Assembly: GCA_964016885.1 (NCBI GenBank)
Contig: OZ024759.1
Location: 16,058,001 to 16,122,000, forward strand
Direction: 5' to 3'
Length of the DNA: 64,000 nt
Source: Eledone cirrhosa
Lineage: Eukaryota
Below the pieces are notes generated by a model. That model saw only the letters and a program-made list of their open reading frames with translations. It was not told where the DNA came from and did no database searches. Positions 57,095 through 64,000 of this stretch are shown here, piece by piece (the stretch's first letter is position 1; every line of letters begins with the position of its first letter). Both the position numbers and the translations under genes were made by a program.

Positions 57095-57476
57095 GATAAG
57101 TTATCAGGGTGGGATATAGAGTAAAGATTAAAGCCTTCGATTGTAAATCCCGGCCAGCACCTCCTAACCACGTGTCAGCCAGTTTCGAGTGGTATCGTCT
57201 AGCGAAAGAAATGGAAATTAATTTTTCCGAGTACCCTAGGAACATAACTGCGTTAGGCTCCGGGTGTGCTAGCGGGAAGTCTACCATCTTCAACAGGCCA
57301 TCGTCGATACCAAACGAATACCAAACGAATGCTATTAATTCACACAAAATTAATTTCCATTTCTTTCGCTAGACGATACCACTCGAAACTGGCTGACACG
57401 TGGTTAGGAGGTGCTGGCCGGGATTTACAATCGAAGGCTTTAATCTTTACTCTATATCCCACCCTGATAACTTATC
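57095..57476. repeat. Perfect 131-bp inverted repeat with a 120-bp spacer
   Basis: Arms 57095-57225 and 57346-57476; no TSD evident. Confidence 0.92.
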
Positions 57477-57823
57477 ACTGCCACCACTGCCACCATCACT
57501 ACTAATACCACTACTACTGCTATTACTGTTGCCACCACTATACTCGTTCTTATTGCAGATGTTGTTGAAGGAGAAAAACGAAAAACAAATTAAAGAAAAG
57601 AACAAAAAAATATATTATTTCAGAGGAGAAAATTAATTTTTAATAAAAAATAAATTTAGAAATATTAAAAATAAATTTAGAAATATTAAAAATAATTTTC
57701 GAAATATTAAATATATATTTAGGTATGTTACAAAAAAAAAAACGAAACGAAATCGATTTTGAATTTTAATATATATTGTTTTATCTGTGTGTGTGAGTGT
57801 GTGAGAGTGTGAGTGTGAGTGTG

Positions 57824-57895
<72 letters not shown>

Positions 57896-58013
57896 TGTGT
57901 CTGCGTCTGTCTGTATGTATGTGTGTCTATGTGTGTGTGTGTGTGTGTGTGAGCATCTGTGTCTATGTGTGTGTGAATGTGTGAGCGTGCCTGTGTCTCT
58001 CTCTCTCTCGCTC

Positions 58014-58046
<33 letters not shown>

Positions 58047-58658
58047 ATGTGTATGCATATGTGTAAGCGGGTGTGTGCGTGAGCATCTGTGTCGATATAT
58101 ATGGATATATGTATGAGCCTATCTGTGTCTATATATGTGTGTGATTGTGTGTGTACGCGTGTGTGTGTCTCTCTCTGTCTCCTTATGTGTACGTGTCTCT
58201 GTGTGTTAGAATTGGTGTATTTATAAACCTGTGTGTGTGTATCTGTGTCTGTACCTCTGTGTGTGTGTATCTATGTCAGTACTTGTGTGTGCGTGTGTGT
58301 GTGTTTATGTCTGTATTTATGTATGAGAGAGAAACAAGCTTTTGTCCGAATGTGTGTGTGTGTGTGTGTGTGTGCGTGCGCGAAAATGTGTCTATATGTT
58401 TTTGTCACAATGTGTATATGTGTATTTATGGGTATGTATGTTGTATGTGTGTATGTATGTATGTGTGTATGTATGTATGTGTATATGTATGTATGAATGT
58501 GTGAATGTGTGTATATATATATATGTGTGTATGTATATGTGTATATATAAGTGTGTGTGTGTATGTATATATATGTAAATATGTGTGTATATGAATGTAT
58601 GTTTGTATGTGTGCATATATATATATATTATATTATATAATATGTGTGTGTGTGTGTG

Positions 58659-58693
<35 letters not shown>

Positions 58694-59271
58694 CGCGAAA
58701 ATGTGTCTATATGCTTTTGTCACAATGTGTATATGTGTATGTATGTATGTGTGTATGTATGTGTATATGTATGTATGAATGTGTGAATGTGTGTATATAT
58801 ATATGTATGTGTATGTATATGTGTATATATATGTAAATATGTGTGTGTATATGAATGTATGTTTGTGTGTGTGCATATATATATATATTATATAGTATAA
58901 TATATGTGTGTGTGTGTGTCTAGATGAGTATATGTGTATATACAGCAGTGTAATAATATTTTTATGTTTATGGCCATCTAAATATAATTTTTAGGTTCGT
59001 TTCGTTTCCTTTTATTATTTTAATTTCTCTTTTTATAATTGTACTTTTGTTTTCTATACTTTTCATTCGCTTGGTTTATGTTTTTCTTGTTTTCCCCATC
59101 ATAATTTGTAGTTTCACTGATGAAAAATATAGGAATTTCTAAATGAGTTTATTGGCTTAGAAACGTCATCGAAATATGGTTATTATCATATTTCAAATTT
59201 CAGCAAACATTAAATACACACACTCTCACCCACACACCCACCACCAAATATAACAATATATATATATAACA

Positions 59272-59363
<92 letters not shown>

Positions 59364-59485
59364 GTGTGTGTGTACGTGTGTGTATACATATATATGTGTG
59401 TGTGTGTACACTCACAAAGAAACAAAAGAATTCTCATCAGAATATTAATGCAAATTAGGGAAATAAACTGTCATTTACACAAACA

Positions 59486-59540
<55 letters not shown>

Positions 59541-59894
59541 ACATACACACATACACACATACATATGCACACAATACACGTACACATATACTCACACAGA
59601 CCCATAAAACAGAGACACGCTTGCATATGATTTAGCAAACAATACGGAGCTTGAAGAAAGTAATTTATTTTGAATTGTAACACATTTATAGATCGGTTGA
59701 TTGTCAAAATTCTTTCAACTTCAAACAAATAATAATGGTCCCTGTTCTTTTGGGTTCTGTGTTCAAATTCTGTCGGGACATCTTTGCTTTTCATGCTTTT
59801 GATATTCATAGACACGGTACTCTTCCAATGCAATTGATTCTTCTCTCGGTTTTCCTCTCTATCACTCTTTCGGTGAAAATATCACTTGCTATCA

Positions 59895-59962
59895 AAATGG
59901 AGTTAACGGAAAAGACTTTCAAAACCCGATATACACACCACACGCATTCTATCAAATCTTGA
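59895..59962 (+). mobile_element. Penelope-like GIY-YIG endonuclease fragment
   Basis: LTEKTFKTRYTHHTHS resembles GxTExxFKxRYxxHxxS. Confidence 0.55.
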
Positions 59963-60741
59963 AACAGGTTCTATTCTAGTTCACTGTCCCAATACAGCCC
60001 AATATTTTATAATACTCTAAAAAGTACTCTTTCTCTCGATTGTGAATAAAAAAAATTATAATATTCTATACAATACTACACAAAACTGTACGATACTATA
60101 TAATACTGCACAATACTATACAATATAGTACAATACTATACAATACTGTATGATACTATGAATACGCTTTTATATGTATGAGTTTAAACAGACAGATAGA
60201 CAGACAGAGAGACAGACAGACAGACAGACAGGCAGACAGACAGACAGACAGTCAGACAGACAGACAGACAGACAGCAGATAGATTGAAAAAGAAACATAA
60301 AAAGAAAAAGAAAAAGAAAAAGAAAAAAGAATTAATGATTGAAAGAAGGAAAGAGATAAAATGATGCCAGAAAGAAAGAAAAGGGAAAGAAAGAATGAAT
60401 CATAAAAAATAAAAAAGTTAAATAAAGAACGAAAAAATGGAAAGTCAAAATAAATGAAAATAAATGAAAGATAGAAAGAAAATGGATCAAATGGATAAAA
60501 AAAAAAGGAAAGGAATGAAGGAAGAGGGTGTCAAAGAGTGGAAAAAATGAAAGAAATAATTGGGCAAAAGAGAGAATAAAATGGCATGGGAGAAAGACAA
60601 TGGAAGAATTGATAGAAATCAAATAAAGCAGACGATTGCAAGGAGGTAGCCATTATTATCAACGACTAATGGATTTTTACATAAAACCCCTTCTGCCATT
60701 TTGAACGGGTCTTTGTAAATGTAAAGAACAGTCACCAGAGA

Positions 60742-62960
60742 CCACCATCAACAATACCACAAACACCATAATACCACCAACACCACAATACCACCAACAC
60801 CACAATACCATAAACACCACCAATACCACAAACACCACAATACCATCAACACCACAATATCACAAACACCACAATACCATAAACACCACCAATACCACAA
60901 ACACCACAATACCACCAACACCACAATACCACCAACACCACAATACCACCAACACCATAATACCACCAACACCACAATACCACAAACACCACCAATACCA
61001 CCAACACCATAATACCACCAACACCACAATACCATCAACACCACAATACCACAAACACCACAATACCATCAACACTACAATACCACCAACACCACAATAC
61101 CACCAATACCACAATACCACCAACACCATAATACCACCAACACCACAATACCACAAACACCATCAATACCATCAACACCATAATACCACCAACACCATAA
61201 TAGCACAAACACCATAATACCACCAACACTACAATACCACCAACACCACAATACCACAAACACCACAATACCACAAACACCACAATACCACCAACACCAC
61301 AATACCACCAACACCACAATACCACCAACACCATAATACCATCAACACCACAATACCACCAACACCATAATACCACCAACACCACAATACCATCAACACC
61401 ACAATACCATCAACACCACAATACCATCAATACTACAATACCACCAACACCAAATACCACAAACACCATAATACCACCAACACCACAATACCATCAACAC
61501 CACAATACCACCAACACCACAATACCACCAACACCACAATACCACCAACACCACAATACCATCAACACCGCAACACCCTCAACACCACAATACCACCAAC
61601 ACCACAATACCATCAACACCACAACACCACAATACTATCAATACCACCAACACCACAATACCACCAACACCACAATACCGCCAACACCACAATACCACCA
61701 ACACCACAATACCATCAATACCACAATACCACCAACACCACAATACCACCAACACCACAATACCATCAATACCACAATACCGCCAACACCACAATACCAC
61801 CAACACCACAATACCACCAACACCACAATACCACCAACACCTCAATACCGCCAACACCACAATACCAGCAACACCACAATACCATCAACACCGCAACACC
61901 CTCAACACCACAATACCACCAACACCACAATACCATCAACACCACAACACCACAATACTATCAATACCACCAACACCACAATACCACCAACACCACAATA
62001 CCGCCAACACCACAATACCACCAACACCACAATACCATCAATACCACAATACCACCAACACCACAATACCACCAACACCACAATACCATCAATACCACAA
62101 TACCACCAACACCACAATACCACCAACACCACAATACCACCAACACCACAATACCATCAACACCGCAACACCCTCAACACCACCACCATCAATATCACCA
62201 ATACCACCATCAACGCCATTAACACACCACCACCAAACCACTACCATCAACATCACGAAACCACCAACGCTACCACCATCAACACCAGCACCATCAAGAC
62301 CATCAACACCACCACCACCACCAACACCGCGATCAACACCACAAACACCACCATCAACGCCATTAACAACACCACAAAACCACCACCATCAATACCACCA
62401 GCACACCAACACCACCAACACCTCCACTACCACCAGCACCACCACCACCACCATCAACACCAGTACACCACCAACACTACCACCACCATCAGCACCAGTA
62501 GACCACCAACACCACCACCAACACTACCACCACCACCATCAACACCAGTACATCACCACCACCATCACCAGGACACCATTAACAACACCACAAAACCATC
62601 GCCATCAACACCACCAACGCCACCAACTCCACTACCACCACTACCACCACCACCACCATCAACACCAGTACACCACCAACAACAACAACACCACCATCAA
62701 CACCAGTACACCAACAGCACCACCACCAACACTACCACCACCACCATCAACACCAGTACACCACCAACACCACCACCATCAACACCAGTACACTACCACC
62801 ACCATCACCAGGACACCATTAACAACACCACAAAACCATCGCCATCAACACCACCAACGCCACCAACTCCACTACCAACACTACCACCACCACCACGATC
62901 AACACCAGTACACCACCAACAACAACACCACCACGATCACCATCACCAGGACACCAATAC
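60742..62960. repeat. 17-bp (CCACCAACACCACAATA)n minisatellite grading into CAC-rich degenerate repeat
   Basis: Direct reading; internal ~323-bp duplication at 61560/61883. Confidence 0.93.
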
Positions 62961-63225
62961 AGCTAACGCCATTGCTATAGAGTATTTTATATTAGCTGGA
63001 AAATCTAGTTAGCAAAGATCCATATTGACGAACCTTCAGTCAATAGTCTCTGGCTAATTTCAAGATTAGATTTCGTTTCGTTTTTACATATTTTTTTTCT
63101 GACTTTCTTTCCTTCGTTTAATTATATGTTTATTGCCTTTATTTTGCTTTCGAAAGCCAACTATATACACAAACAGAAACAAGCCTTATTAACAACATTC
63201 CTAAGGGAGGTCAGTTGGTGGAGGA

Positions 63226-63380
63226 AAGGGTTGTTAAACCGTAGGACAAATGTTTAGCAGTATTTCTTCTGGATCCGTTCTTTCTGAGTTCGAATCCCGC
63301 CGAGTTCAGTTCAGCTTCGCCTTTCACCTTACTAGGCTAGATTTTTTTTTAAAAAGGGGGGGTACCAGTCTAGTACTTAG
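63226..63380 (+). mobile_element. Old diverged Meta-type SINE
   Basis: AAATGTTTAGCAGTATTTC..CTGAGTTCGAATCCCGCCGAG..CTTCGCCTTTCA. Confidence 0.6.
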
Positions 63381-63922
63381 TTTAAAGTCTGTCTCATTCC
63401 CGGAGAGTCTTCAAGCAGATTATATCCCAGTTTATGTGGCGTTAAGTGACTGGGAGTACAAGAGTCTCCCCTGGAGAGGATACAAGTCCATCGCAGAGTT
63501 ATATATGTATGTATGTAAAAGGTAAACAGAAATAACAACACAATCGGTACAGTATATGGAAGGTATATATTAGATTAACGCTTGATATAGCAGGAAGAGG
63601 GTCTTAACGTTTCGGACGCTAGTCCTGTTTGGATACTCCTGTCGCCCGTCATTTCTGTTCTCCTGGTCATTCTTCCCTACATGTTTCAGTCCTAGGTGTC
63701 CTTTTACATCATGGATCAGAGGCCTCGCGCACCAGGACTGAACAAAGTCAGATTCCCCTCTTGGACTCAACTCACCTCCCCAATTTCTCTAATACCCCGT
63801 CCATTATCACACCCCTAGATTCCTATCGCTTTCTCTTTGATCATAGCTTCATACTTACATGCACACACACTCTTTTACTCACATATACACACACATTTCT
63901 TCTTAGCTTCGTACGGACCTAT

Positions 63923-63992
<70 letters not shown>

Positions 63993-64000
63993 ACGCACGT

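Overview
AT-rich eukaryotic DNA dominated by microsatellites. The SINE and LINE families suggest an octopod cephalopod (inference, not proven). It looks like intronic or intergenic DNA: most of the ORF track is (TA)n/(CA)n artefact. Supported content: (1) 3' fragments of Dong/R4-type RLE LINEs, RTE LINEs (two of them non-autonomous 5'+3' fusions), an L1/Tx1 3' end and Penelope-like (PLE) fragments; (2) about 20 tRNA-derived SINE copies from two families; (3) an internally deleted mariner with unusually long 103-bp inverted ends, plus small MITEs; (4) large tandem arrays (122, 42, 34, 20 and 17 bp units); (5) one convincing Cys-rich internal exon at 23018-23191. The most striking unannotated signal is a dense set of short fold-back (hairpin) inserts, mostly embedded in (TA)n tracts. 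Three loci (24.2, 40.6 and 56.5 kb) carry intact minimal type I hammerhead ribozyme cores; two of these lie in fold-back inserts and two are followed directly by AATAAA. Different retroelement clades also appear to partition the microsatellites, each sitting in its own repeat motif.
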